Positions 27,615 through 41,500 of a stretch of 62,000 bases of DNA are shown piece by piece. The DNA is taken from contig OX597825.1 in assembly GCA_951406725.2 (NCBI GenBank), positions 15,024,001 through 15,086,000 on the forward strand, written 5' to 3'. The notes beneath the pieces are model-generated. The model was given only the letters and a program-made list of their open reading frames with translations. It was not told where the DNA came from and made no database searches. How positions within the stretch are numbered: position 1 is the stretch's first letter; every line of letters starts with the position of its first letter. This DNA comes from Octopus vulgaris. Lineage: Eukaryota. Position numbers and translations under genes: made by a program.

Positions 27615-28887
27615 GCTAATTAATGTTTTAAGGCTACCATTGATTTCATGTTAAGATAGAAAATATCTTAATATTTTAAGAAGTTTTGAAGCCGAGTACG
27701 TGGAGGAATGGTGTGAGTCTCTATTTCTCCGTTTTGAATGAATATAGAAAATCGAGATGAACACCCTTCCCCCATGAGATCGGCTTGAAAAATAGTTATG
27801 ATTTAAGAATATATAAAGAAATTTTATCGACCAATGCGATGTTGAGCACTCATTCTCATTGTTCAACATGTGTCAGGAGGAAATATTACATGCGCAAAAT
27901 GTGACATGTGCAGGGGTTGATACATATTTCCATAGAAACCAATCAGCTTCGTGTAGTTCCTTCCTGTTATTTATAGCTCGTCGCATCTCGTTGATGATGA
28001 GGGTATCCATGAACTCTGTGTTAGTCACATGAATTTGTATTACTAAGAATTCTTTCAAACCACGTTCACTGCCCCCAGCAATGCCATAGCTCGTGAGCTG
28101 AAACTAGGTAAAATAAAAAATGAAATAAAATATCATTACATTCAATCATTTCTTGGTTACTTTATTTGTGATTTCGACGAACCGTTGTATCATTGCGCGA
28201 CGTTTTTCGTAATTACAGTCACTTTTATACCATGGAAATCGGATTAGCTTTTAATTAAATGATTACTAGGCTTATAAATTCCCTCATTACGTTAGTTTAT
28301 AGCGCTCGTATTAAATATTACTAATTTCACCAAGCAGACAGCTCCATACTTTCTCTAGAAACGTCATGAACCAAACTCCTCGAATAGCATTTGTGGCAGC
28401 AAGGACACCATTAATTCTTTCATTAATATCGCATGATACACAAAAACATAAGGTAGCATAAAGGATATTGAGATTGTGTTAGTCTAATTTCACTTGTAGC
28501 GTTAACTTCACAGTACCCGTCGGAGGTCATCGGAGAAATACAGTGAGTCAATAAAACGAGATAAGACGAGATTCATGAATGACCCGTTGTACTAGGAATC
28601 ATTATAACAATTGGCAATAGTAGTTACGCTGATTATCTAAAATGACGCTAGATACAGTAGTGTTACATGTTGCAGTTGATAAACGCACATCCAAGCGAAG
28701 TGCTATAATTCCAGCCTCTTCCATACCTCATCAGTATTATATGTGACCGTGTTCTCCAACCATACTATAAGGATTTCACCTTTTAACAGAAGATGATTAT
28801 TATTGTTTCTCATAAAGATGCACGTGCGTGTATGTATGGATGTAAATTATTGTGTCATATATATGCCTGTATGTATACATATATATG

Positions 28888-28920
<33 letters not shown>

Positions 28921-28929
28921 CTGCATATT

Positions 28930-28966
<37 letters not shown>

Positions 28967-28971
28967 ATGTA

Positions 28972-29002
<31 letters not shown>

Positions 29003-29007
29003 ATGTA

Positions 29008-29039
<32 letters not shown>

Positions 29040-29462
29040 ATGTCTATGTGCATACGTGCGTGATTCTCGAACTAGAGAATTGATTAGGTTCAGGATAAAT
29101 TTCTGCTGCCTCTCAGTTGTATTAAGGTAATCCGCACTGAAAAATATAGCATCTGTTAAGTGAGGAATCAGCATATCTTTCTCCGTTAAAATTATCCAAG
29201 ATCTTAATCGTGTAACTGACATAATTATGTTCGAAGTAAGGTATGAAAAAGAAGTATTTCACAACATAAGCAAAACATGATATTTGGGTCGATTAAAGAA
29301 GTATATACGTATCAATATCTCAAAATGTGTGTATATATAATCTTGCCTTTCTTTATCTCCGCATGGGCTTCAAAAGTTCACTTATTACTGAGCTCTTATC
29401 TATCTATCATTCTATCTCTCTATTTATCTATTTATCTCTCTATTTATCTATCTAACTATCTC

Positions 29463-29497
<35 letters not shown>

Positions 29498-29546
29498 ATA
29501 CATACGTATATATATACATATATATATATATATACATATATATATA

Positions 29547-29618
<72 letters not shown>

Positions 29619-30367
29619 TATTTATATGTGTGTGTGTGTATACATATATATATATGTATATATATGTGTGTGTTTGTATCTATGGATGCGTATGTGTATG
29701 AATGAATGTATTATGTACGTATGTATGCATGTATGTATACGTGTGTGTGCACGAGAGTCTGCGTGTGTGAGCGCACGTGTCATTGCGTGTATTGTTCACT
29801 GGCAAGTGCTTAACGTAAGAGTCTCTTTCCTAGCGTTTCTCTAAACCATTCCCTATTTATTATTCTTTTATGCATAGCGTGCAATGTTGTACGTTTGCAA
29901 TTGATAGATTTTGTAATATTAGTTATGTATCAGCGACTAAACAAAGTTTGCATGTCATATATTTACAGATAGCAGGTTTTCGCACACTAATCTTAAGTAC
30001 AAATAAAGCATACAAACGAACAATTCTTTTAGAATTTTAAATTAAGTTCTTTCGTCGTTTTTTTCATCTTTTTTTCTGTCATTTTTTCTCTCATTCTGTT
30101 TCCAGTAATATCATATTTAAGTGTACTGCATATGTGTCGTACAATTCACATGCAGATGAAATAAATGTAGGGCAATATTCTACAACCATGCGTACGTGCA
30201 TGATTAATTATTCGGCCTTTTTTATTTATTTCAGATGCGAAGCACCAAATTTCGTTGATATTTTATTTTTCCTGCATTAAAAAAAAATGCATAAAAAAAG
30301 CGAATATGGAAGAGGAAGAGAACGTCACAGATCAATTTACAGATACGAAGAGAACAAGAGTGCGTGT

Positions 30368-30380
30368 ATAATTATATATG

Positions 30381-30445
<65 letters not shown>

Positions 30446-30546
30446 ATGTATATATATATATGAATGTATATATATGTATGTATATTTATATATATATATA
30501 TATATATATATGCATGTATGTATATATATATATATATATATGCATG

Positions 30547-30591
<45 letters not shown>

Positions 30592-30715
30592 ATATATATA
30601 TATATATGTATGTATATATATATATGTGTGTATGTATGTATGTACGTATGTATGTATATGTATATATATATATATGTATATGTGTGTATGTATGTATGTA
30701 TGTATGTATGTATAA
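30368..30715. repeat. Compound (TA)n/(TATG)n microsatellite, representative of many TA arrays in the window
   Basis: Read directly from the sequence. Confidence 0.95.
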
Positions 30716-30998
30716 AATATATTTTCACATATGTGTGTGTATGTGTGCTTGTGTCTGTGTGTGCGTAGTCTTGCATTTGTGTGTAAGTTTGACTCGGTAC
30801 GTGTGAGCATGAAACACATAATTGCTATTTTCTGAAAAAGACATGTATCACGCATTTGTTCATGAAAAAAAGAGGCCCATAAATAAATGTTGGGGTTACA
30901 AATTATTGGTTTGAATGCTTTTAACTGAGATCAAACATATTACACTCCCCCCATCTTCACACAAGTCTATGTACGCATGTAATGCATACATACATGCA

Positions 30999-31059
<61 letters not shown>

Positions 31060-31189
31060 GTCTTCCTTTAATTCTATATTTAATAGTGCAGTGTTTTGAG
31101 GGAGAAAAGAGACCATATATTACCGTACATATATATACAGAGAGAGAGGGAGAGAGAGAGAGAGAGAAAGGAGAGATCTAGGTAGATTG

Positions 31190-31572
<383 letters not shown>

Positions 31573-33721
31573 CAACTGGAAACTGTTCCTATAGGAGAAA
31601 AAAATATTTCTAGTAAACTATAGAACAAGATCAAATTATATGATTTACTACAAAAATTCTAATAAATAAATAAAATGACACGAAATGAAAGGTTTTAAAA
31701 TGCAGAGAAATCGAGGAAAATATGTTTCCATTCGCTGAAAATGAGTGGAGTTTAAATTGATTGTTTTCTTTCTTCTTTTTCAGGAATGAATTAACTCATT
31801 CAGGAGTGAAATAGTTTGAATGTTATAAAGTGATACCATATCATAAAATGGCGTGAATGACAGTTTTGGTGACTACAATTTTAACCTATAAAATTATTTT
31901 TTAAAAGAATATCACAAGCCTAATATAGGTTGCGCTGCACATATAAATGTACTTCGGTGCGTACATTCAGTTGTGTAGGTATAATTTGACCGACATGCCA
32001 TTTTCTCAGTATATATATATATATTGTTGCAATTCTTTCAAAATGTGTCGTTTTGGACACCACATTTGTTATTGATTATTATATCATCAGAAGAAGTATA
32101 CATCAATTTATTAGGTTATAATGTATCACTCAAATATCCGTGCTATGTAATATAGTCTGAATTCCATCTTCGGATTATATTACGAGCTGAAACTTTGTTC
32201 CAGTTGGTTACAGATCTCTGGTTCGCGCGACGACTCCTAGTGCAACCGTAAAAGGGAACAAACTTTTGTCATCAACCCCAAAGTTATGTCATCTGCTCTT
32301 CATGCGCAAAATTTGCATAAGTATTCTCTTCTTGTAGACGTGATATATGTCTCGCTTTATAAGCTATTGATGAAACCATGTTGATGGGAAACAGACTTCT
32401 TAGCACACAGATTGTATACGTACATACATGCATAGGTACCTGCCTAGGAATCTACATACCTACATACATAAATACTAACATACATACATACATACACAGA
32501 TACATACATGCATACATACATACATACATACATACATGCATAAAAGCATACATATATAAAATCTCGGTTTGTTGTCTTTAAATCGGAATAATACACCCTC
32601 AATAAGATCAATGGAGTGGTTATTTTTTTTTATACACCATCAAGCAGTATATTGCTTTCTATGGTATGTAACAGATCAAAATTTCGTTCACGATTTTGCG
32701 GCAACTGTTGCATTTGACAATATTGACAGCTCTTCATGCTTGTTAGCCCTAGAGGAATAGCCTCTTTTAAGCTGGATGCATATACCAGCTCTGGATATCC
32801 CGGTGTTGAACTGGAAAAATAAAATGCTAATGAAACATTTTAGCATTTTGAGGAGGAAACTATTGACTTTATATAACATAAGGAAACTTATGACATTCTG
32901 ATAGGCATGGTTGTATCATCCCGTTTATTTGTGTATCCTAGTCCAAAAATGGGTGTGACTACGTTCCCAAAACGTATTTCCACGCATGTGGGCAGGGTCT
33001 AAATATTTCGATTTTCGATTTCACGAAAACACTCGGTTTGTGTTAACTTTTAAGAATGATTCTCCTTCTCGAAACACAAAGTTTGCGATGCTTACTCCCA
33101 TACAGATGCAGCGAAAGTAGTCCTTGCATTGCCAATTTCCTTTTTCTACTGATTTGCCAATATTTAGCGTATCCTGGATTTTAAATGATGGGCCCTTCAT
33201 TTCTCCTACATGTTTCGTTGGTATATCGCACCACTATTGTTGGGCGAGACCAGCTCTGTTTCTTACGCTCCGCCTACATGTTACATTTTCTACACCCTGA
33301 TCACCTGTAATAGATCCTTCGTGATCAATCTAGCTTTGACCCGGGTCTTGTTTTTTTTTCAGCTCTTCGTTTATACTTGTATTATAATCTGTTTGCGGAT
33401 ATGGATTCAGACGACCACGGTTGATGCCACGCCGACTAACAAGCAAAAATGAATAAGGGTGATTTATCAGACATTACCTCATGTCGTTCCAAACAAAAGG
33501 TTGCGTAGATGGTGCAGCGGGCTATGGAATATCCCCCTATTTAACTATAATTCGACGAGCAAGCAGTTCATTTGAACGGTCAATTGCAATTTAACGTCGC
33601 AGAATTAATTATTATCTATTAGAACCAATATGTTACTTACATCATTGTTATTGAATTGGGGTTAATTTAAATATCTAATAGAGTTATCTTGGGAGTAAGA
33701 ATTGTTGTTTCCGATACAATA

Positions 33722-33942
33722 TATTGGTTCCAAAATTTGGCACAAGGCTATACGTGTCAGGGGAGGAGCTAAGTCGATTAGATCGACAGCAGTGTTCTAC
33801 TGGTACTTATTTTATCGACTCCGAAAGGATGTAATGCAAAGTCAACCTCAGTGGAATTTGAACTCAGAACGTAGCGAGGGACAATATGCCGCTAAATATT
33901 TTAACCGGCGTTCTAACGATTCTGCAAGCTCGCCTCCTCAAC
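33722..33942 (-). mobile_element. SINE family B with tail type ii
   Basis: Reverse complement gives GGAGGCGAGCTTGCAGAATCGTTAG head, the family B core, and a GCCTTGTGCCAAATTTTGGAAC tail. Confidence 0.85.
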
Positions 33943-35965
33943 AGATCAAAATATATTAGTCACAGGTTTGTTCCGAATTACCTATGATATTGCAAAAGCG
34001 TAGTGTGTGTTAGGTATGATGGTAGAACTGTGACGTAGCGTTTGGTTTGGTATCACGTGAAATAGCGTGAATGTATGTGTAAAATTCTGTAAAATAACAT
34101 ATAGGTAGAACTCCTGATGATTTATAGCCAAATGTCTAATCAAGAGAGGTATTCCATTAGTTTTTCAAAGTAACGCCAAACATTATCCATGTTGCATATG
34201 AATCTGTGGTGTGTTTGCTTTGTGGCTAGAGATTCAAAATAACATATTATTTACAGATTTCCTCTGTTCATGATGAAGACCTATGAGTAAAATGTAAAAA
34301 CTCAATTAAATATGACGACAGACTAAATAATGTATATTATTTATTGTACATTTTGTTATTGTTTGTTAATTCCTAGATGTAAGACATTGAAAGTTACGTC
34401 ATATCATAAGTTCGGGAAAGTTAAGAAACCATTCAAATCTCAGAGACAACATTACAAAACTAATAATCTAATTAAATTAGGTGTTACATATTGAAAAATA
34501 AACAGTAAAATAAACGGAGAGAAAAGAAAACAGAAGAAACTTTGAGAAATCAATTTCTAAAGTTTGCGATTTTATAATGTTTGGTTGCTTAAAACATGTT
34601 ATCTAACATGTCGAAGATACACGGAGGTGGAAAACGACAAACCCCGGTGGTATATTCACATACGTGTGCGTTTATGCAGTCTATATATAGCCGTACATTC
34701 TTCTCAGCATAATGATGCGTGTGTATTTGTATGACGTCGTTTAAATGTTAGGTTATATATATTGTGAAATTTATTCCCACGCTGGAAGAAATATAAGAAA
34801 ATTTTTAACTGCTCCAGAGTCTCAAAATGTGTAGCAGTTTTTAAATTTTGTAATAGCTTTATTGAAATGTCAAATGGGTTTCAACAATGTTTTGTTGACC
34901 TATGGTAAAAAATACTGTAAATGTCAGATTTAGGAGAGTTTAAATTTACAACTCCCGTTTCTGTAATCTAAAACATATACTGGCTGCGAATATGGAAAAT
35001 CATGAATGATCTCAAGGATGATCATAAAATAGTTATAAAAAGAAGCTGATAAAGGGAGAACTGTAGTCATCATGGACCGAAAATAATACATAAACATTAC
35101 CATAACTCTCCTTCAAGACAACACCTATAATGCAAACAAATCAACAATTGCATTCCATCTAAAACAATGGCAAATCTTACCACCTTTATCCATCAGTCTA
35201 CACAAAATTTGACTGCAAACCCAGCAGCGTTTATGGACTTCCAAAAATCCGGAAAAGGGAAGCCTCAAATGAAACGGGAGCAGATCAACCTCATTAGTCA
35301 TTAATAATGAACACCCGTGAGGTCTCAAAGTGAAGCCAATTGTTACTTATGGTTTTATTTGACCAATCACATTTTAATTGTTAAATTAATTAAATTATGA
35401 TCGTTACATATTAAATTTTCAATATTAACTGAACAATCTGTAAAACCATGTAATTCAAAAAAAAAGTTGTCTCTTCATCGCTTGTTCGAAACGCAACAGT
35501 ATATAAGCTGATACATTGTAGAGAGGCTTGAATAGAACTCGTACGAAAAATATAAAGATTGTTGCAAAAAACAAAGGGTGTATTGAACTCGATGCGTTAG
35601 TAATGGAAAGTTTTAAATGAGTTTGATAATTAAGGGCACTGAGAATGACAACTTAATTTTGTATTCAGATATTTAGACGAAGCAGAATTGAAATGTGTTT
35701 CCGTCGTCTTACAAATTGTTTTCATTTGACGTGCTTTAAAAATCTTACGAAGATTTGTTTATAGTTCAATAATCCAGGTTATTTCGTGTTATGGAGATAA
35801 TAGTAATAATTGAACACCCATCCCATCTGAGTGGCATGTGCTAGTCGTTGCAAATACTGTGAGTCTCAGTCGAGTAGTCGGTATATAGTCGTGTCTTATT
35901 TGTCTAATTAACTATATTGCTATACTGGATTGGACGTTATAGCAGTCCGACAGAGGATTATAACA

Positions 35966-36615
35966 GCGGTGACGAGGTATTAACAAACTCACGAGGGTTA
36001 TACAAACTCACAAGGAGTTACGAATGTCACAAATGTTCCTGTGCAAATTTTACGGTATGCAAAATAGTAAAATTATGGACGAATTGTTGGCCAGTTTGCT
36101 CGAGTTGGAAAAACTGCAACGACAACTGAAAGAACAACAACAACTACAATTATTACAGCAACAACCGATACAGTCAATGAATAGCAGGTCATCAAAAAAT
36201 GTTTAAAAGATGTTCCCGTCAGATTTTGTCACAAATTCAATAACGGAATTTAAGTATGGACCAAATGAAGTTACCTTCAACGCGTATTATAGAGGATACG
36301 AATATATCTTTAATAAAGAGTGCCAAAGATTGGGACAGTGATATGAAAGTCCGTCTAATTCTAAGGAAATTCTACGGAAACTGGTAGCAGGAGAACGTGA
36401 GCGTTACAGAAATTACGTACTCCTGAAGAAACTTTTCCTGATATAAACTATAAAAAATGCAATTGATTTATTGTGTAAAATGTTTTCTAGTGAGGAAAGA
36501 TCGTTGTTCAAAACATGTTGGAAATGTTTAAACTCAGAAAAGTACAAGGATGACTACATCACATGTGCTGGCAGAGTGAACAGTGAGAGTGAAAAGAAGT
36601 TCAAACTGGACGAGG
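35966..36615 (+). pseudogene. Ty3/gypsy (Mag/K02A2.6-like) gag 5' fragment with a degenerate PBS
   Basis: One frame with 3 stops: MDELLASLLELEKLQ...NSITEFKYGPNEVTFNAYYRGYEYIF...LRKL...SLFKTCWKCLN...DDYITCAGRVNSESEKKFKLDE, with DWDSDMKVRLILRK in the shifted frame. Preceded by ...TTATAACA|GCGGTGACGAGG, resembling an LTR end plus TGGCGACGAG-type PBS. Truncated at a TA array. Confidence 0.7.
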
Positions 36616-36616
36616 T

Positions 36617-36654
<38 letters not shown>

Positions 36655-36661
<7 letters not shown>

Positions 36662-36885
36662 GAGTTTACGAAAAAGATCAAATGACGAAGACAGGTGGAG
36701 TACAAAACAAACAGATGTATTAGTATAACGCTCAGGAATAGATAAAATTATTTTGCGTTTCCATCCTACGCTCTCCTACAGAGAGGGACTCATAAAACAA
36801 GGATAGAAACAAGGAGAGAGAAAAAAGGAAAGACAAAAAGTGTGTGTAGTGGCTAACGATCTATCATTGTTGTATTTACGGATGG
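36655..36885 (-). mobile_element. (TA)n-anchored dispersed repeat H2, copy 1
   Basis: Its reverse complement is colinear with 56190-56402 and 60575-60768 (GATCGTTAGCCACTACACAC...CTGTAGGAGAGCGTAGG...CCCTATATA). Confidence 0.8.
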
Positions 36886-36888
36886 ATT

Positions 36889-36966
<78 letters not shown>

Positions 36967-37140
36967 ACGCATATATGGGTACAGGACATCAACAACTGTG
37001 CAAATATGACATACGTAAACAACGAGAGAGAAAAAACAGAAAAAGAGACATAGAGGAGAGAGAGTGACATATAGAAAATGTTGAAAGAAGGAGGGAGAGA
37101 AAAGGGAATTAGGGAAGTATAGAGGAAGAAAACAGTATAG

Positions 37141-37176
37141 AGTAGAGTCGCATAAAAAGGTGAAGTAAAACTTATT

Positions 37177-37222
<46 letters not shown>

Positions 37223-37227
37223 TGATG

Positions 37228-37269
<42 letters not shown>

Positions 37270-37306
37270 GAGTAGAGTCGCATAAAAAGGTGAAGTAAAA
37301 CTTATT

Positions 37307-37352
<46 letters not shown>

Positions 37353-37357
37353 TGATG

Positions 37358-37400
<43 letters not shown>
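37141..37400. repeat. 130-bp tandem duplication containing an interrupted (TAA)n array
   Basis: AGTAGAGTCGCATAAAAAGGTGAAGTAAAACTTATT at 37141 and 37271, with the same GAT interruptions in both units. Confidence 0.9.
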
Positions 37401-37423
<23 letters not shown>

Positions 37424-37599
37424 TATACATATGTATATATATATATATATATATATACAGAAGACACTTCTTCGGCCAAAGATGAAGCGGTACGACGCCC
37501 GTCGTCCATCATGGAATGTTAGATATGGCGATAGGCATGCGCAGTTAAAATAGGACAAACTGGACTATGTTTATTGCTTAACCGTCCAGTAGCCTTGTA

Positions 37600-37757
37600 C
37601 TTTTGAATTAGTTTTCTACTCTAAGCACAAGGTCCGAAATTGTGAGCGAGGAAGCCGGTAGATTAGATCGATCCCATTACGCAAGTGGTACTTAATTCAT
37701 CGACCCGGAAAGGAGGAAAGGCATAGTCGACTTCGGTGGAATTTGAACTCATAACGC
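37600..37757 (-). mobile_element. 5'-truncated SINE family B with tail type iii
   Basis: Family B core; the reverse-complement tail reads GGACCTTGTGCTTAGAGTAGAAAA. Confidence 0.75.
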
Positions 37758-37759
37758 TA

Positions 37760-38247
37760 ATATGCATTCTTTTACTACGTAACTTGTATCCTAAACCATT
37801 CTTGTGAAAATTAAAAATAAATTTCTCTAAATCTTCAGGCAATTCTTTTGGTGCCATTGTATTCACGATGAAGAAGATTTTCACCACGGTACACAAATCC
37901 GAATTCCTGCAGATGCATTAACAATGTCCGGTGCAAAAACGCCAGTAGCAATAATGTATTAGAATTGAAATTATCAGCAATATCTAAATTTAGTAAAAAC
38001 TTTGGATAAAATATTGAATATAGCGAATTTCCTTTAGGCTGTATATATTTTTATAACGTTTGAAAATTAATATTTCGTTCATATCTTTGAAAATGTTCAA
38101 TTGTTTTTTTAAATTCCAAATGTGTATGATGTTTGCGTATATGATATATTTTATTCTGTACAAATTTCGTTTGATTTCCTATGTTATATCATTAATGGCA
38201 ATTTTACTGAAATTGTTTAGGGGTGTACATACTTCTGTGAGATACTA
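37760..38247 (-). mobile_element. Tc1-like element, 5' fragment
   Basis: TA-flanked TIR-like end TAGTATCTCACAGAAGTATGTACACCCC, then a paired-domain start MAPKELPEDLEKFIFNFHKNGLGYK; cut off by the adjacent SINE. Confidence 0.7.
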
Positions 38248-39732
38248 TATATAACATAAAACTGAGGCAGGCTGACAGATGGATACATTTATTTAAGCGT
38301 TTTTATCTTTAGAATTACTGCCGTTTCGTAGCTTTCATACTTTAATAACAATTAGTGCATAATAAATTGTTTTACATGTCTGCACCAATATGCCTGTTAG
38401 GTATTGCAGATAAAGATGGCTTGGTCTTTAGGTTACCAGCGCATCATGTTTACATGGATGCTTGAAACCTGAGTTGTACAAGGAGTAGCCTGAATATAGT
38501 TGCAGACTTGCAAAATAATTTATTATACACTGAAAATATTATTACATGGTGTGAAAGCTGTGAAACACCTGTAAGCCAATGAATAGCAAGTGGTTAAATG
38601 AATATATACGCCTCTCATACCTCGTGAGTTTTATGGTTTCTATACTCCTCATTTCATTGAATGGATCTTCTGGATTTCGACTGCAAAAGATTCTACATTA
38701 CACTCCTCCGTATTCGACTACTATGTGATATAGTAGCCGGATCCCCCAGGGAAGCTTTCTGTGTCACCAAATGATCATTCCGTGAATTTTCCTTCCTTGA
38801 AGAAAATAGTACCTATTAAACGAATGAATTTGCCTCATTTTTGCAATAGGATTTTGCAATTGTATGCTAAAAGATTTTGATGGTGAATGGGGAACGTTTT
38901 CAGAACATTTATTTTCTCTTACTTTCTTCTCTCTTTTTGTCGCTTTGTACCGCTCGCTCTTGAAAGTAGAGCTATGTTCCAGAAAATGAACGAGGATAAC
39001 AACACTACACTCCCCATCGTATAGCAATCTCCGTGATTCCATGCGATGATCATTGGCTCTTGAACATCTTAGCTCCAGGAGAAGAAGTCTGACGCCATTT
39101 CACAGATTCAGCTCTCTTAACTCGATGATGAGGTTACAGTTCCTTTCCATCATCGTAAATAGAATCATCTCCATTGACTGCGAATCAAATCAGACTTCCT
39201 GTTTTCTCGCATTTAATCGAGTGCCAACTGCCCAGTTACTCATTTTGCACAAAGTTTTCGATACCCACAATTTCACCAATCTTCTATGATGTATAGTAAG
39301 CATAGTGCAGTTGTACATCAATTCCTTGATTGCGAATCATCTTTTCGTGTCGTCTAACCGTCTAACCGTCTATTCGCTGCTAATTTGTGTCACTGGTCGC
39401 AGTCCATCTCCTTCCACTACGTTGTTTCATCCCATGTTCGTCTCTTTTCATTTCAATTGTATCTCTCTGAGTCCATTGCTATTATTAACAGTATGATCAC
39501 CCTAAGCCATCTTGTAGACATCTCTGGATATTGAACCGTTTGCACTATTTCTTCGTTAAGAACTCAACAGCAAACTGTCTGCTATGAAATTCGCTATTTG
39601 CTTCCAGAGAAAGAAAGGAAAAATAAATAAAAAGGAAAACTATTCTATCATCAACGTGTTTGTATTAACTGATCTTTGTCAGTTAATAAAATGTATACAC
39701 ACACTAGCGCATTTATTTCGGTAAAACCTTCG

Positions 39733-40174
39733 GGATGTTTTCGGTTTGAACGGCAGTTTTTTCTAGCGGTGTCATATGAAATTGCCACCCACAATTATGA
39801 CCCTAGTATCGATCTATTGCATTTCAATCTGTTTTAGGGTGTAGGGTTAGTTAGGGTTAGGATTAAGGTTAGGGTGGGAAGAAAGGTATCTTTTTTTCTT
39901 CACAAATGTAAATAAACCCAATCTGTTTCTTAAACGAGGGACATATTCATACGGCACAGAATGTTTTTTACCTAAATAGACGTCAGTGATTGTTTGAAAT
40001 TGCAGAAATTGAAGAAGAAAAAACAACAAATATTTTACAAGCTATAGAAGTTTCTCAATAAAGCCAAGAGAAAAAGATGCTTTATAAACACATTCTACCA
40101 GTATACGAAGTTTAATTTTTTTTTTAGTTACCTAGAAATTATGTTAAAAACTGCCGTTCCAACCGAAAAGATCC
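39733..40174. mobile_element. MITE with 29-bp TIRs, 8-bp TSD and internal TTAGGG-like repeats
   Basis: GGATGTTTTCGGTTTGAACGGCAGTTTTT vs reverse complement GGATCTTTTCGGTTGGAACGGCAGTTTTT; flanks AACCTTCG and AGCCTTCG. Confidence 0.88.
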
Positions 40175-41126
40175 AGCCTTCGTAAATCATAACGCACTTA
40201 GCCGTACATATATACTTACTATTCTATATCTACGCAAACATGTTCACACTTACACATATTTGCTTTATTGTATCTTTCTCCCACTATATATCTATTCCTC
40301 TATTTATACGCGTGTTAAACGAGACGTATGTGAGAAACAAACCGAAACGCGTATTTAATGTATGCACACGTGAAAAGGCGGAGTTTAGAAAAAGAAATGT
40401 ATTTTTCATTGTACTAAATAGCTTGCCCTCTATTCCGCTAAGTACATCTGCCCGTATAAAGTACATTTACTTTTAGATAATTACCTAATTTTCACAGGAA
40501 GATATCCATCTATATGTTTTAGAGAGTAAATGTGCCTGCTGCGATAAATTCGTCGGTATATCTTTAGTCTTTATTCTCATTGTTAAATCATCCTTATCCA
40601 TTTGGAATATTTCACACATAATGGAATTTTAAATATAATCGTAACTCTAAAACGCGTTACTGCTTCAATTTCTTTTCATAACACATTAACTAACTCCGCT
40701 TTAGCTTTTATTTCCTATCTGCTTCCCTTCGACACCTACCAGTTCGAAAGATAATGATTAATCTTTGTAGATCATTACAGGAGAAAATTCAGTTGGAGAT
40801 ATTCAAATGCCTTCCAACAGATAGTTACTATATTCATCCAATTAGCCAGCATTTCAGCGTATTTATCACATCTTAGCATGTCAGCTAGACACGGATACGA
40901 AGCTGATCTAAAATATGTTTTGTACGCAATTTCAATGTTAGTAAAGGTGAAATTGCTGTAAAGTACTCGATACTTCAGCGAAACTGAAATCATAATTTTG
41001 TTAGTTTTGCCGCATCTTTTTTTTATTTTTCAAGTGATAAGTATCTTAACTCTTAAAGTATTCTTCGCCTTTTAAGAAAATTTGAAACGTTGACACTACT
41101 TAACATATCGATATTTCGGAAGGTAA

Positions 41127-41500
41127 AAGAGGCGGCAGATTGACAGAATTGTTAATTATTCCAGGCGAAACGCTGAGCGTCATTTCGTCCGTCTTTGCAT
41201 TCTGAGTTCGAATTCGGCCCCAGTCGAATTTGCCATTCATCGTTTCGAGTTCCATCAAATAAGTAACTTTTGAATACTGTGGACAATGTAATCGGTAATT
41301 TCTCTCCCTTGAAATTGCTGGCCAAGTGCCAGATGTTCAAATCGATATTTAGAAAGTTGAAAAAAGGGCCGCGACCTGACAGAATTAGCAGCATTCATTG
41401 TTTCGTGATCGTTGAAATAAGGACTAGTTTCGTACAGGACTCGCTGGAATCGACTTACCCGCATTTCAGAAACTGCAGGCCATGTACCAAAATTTGAAAG
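41127..41500 (+). mobile_element. Two adjacent old SINE family B copies with tail type ii
   Basis: Diverged heads at ~41127 and ~41365; tails GCTGGCCAAGTGCCAG and CAGGCCATGTACCAAAATTTGAAA. Confidence 0.65.

Noticed and set aside
34265-34310. CATGATGAAGACCTATGAGTAAAA as a hammerhead remnant
   Set aside because: Both core halves are altered, there is no stem I, and no second copy exists in the window.
38760-39300. Possible Helitron helicase remnant (LNL*NGVRLLLLEL, minus strand)
   Set aside because: Only one short motif-like match among many stops; not supportable without a search.
39833-39877. Telomere or chromosome fusion site
   Set aside because: The tract is short, degenerate and enclosed by MITE TIRs.
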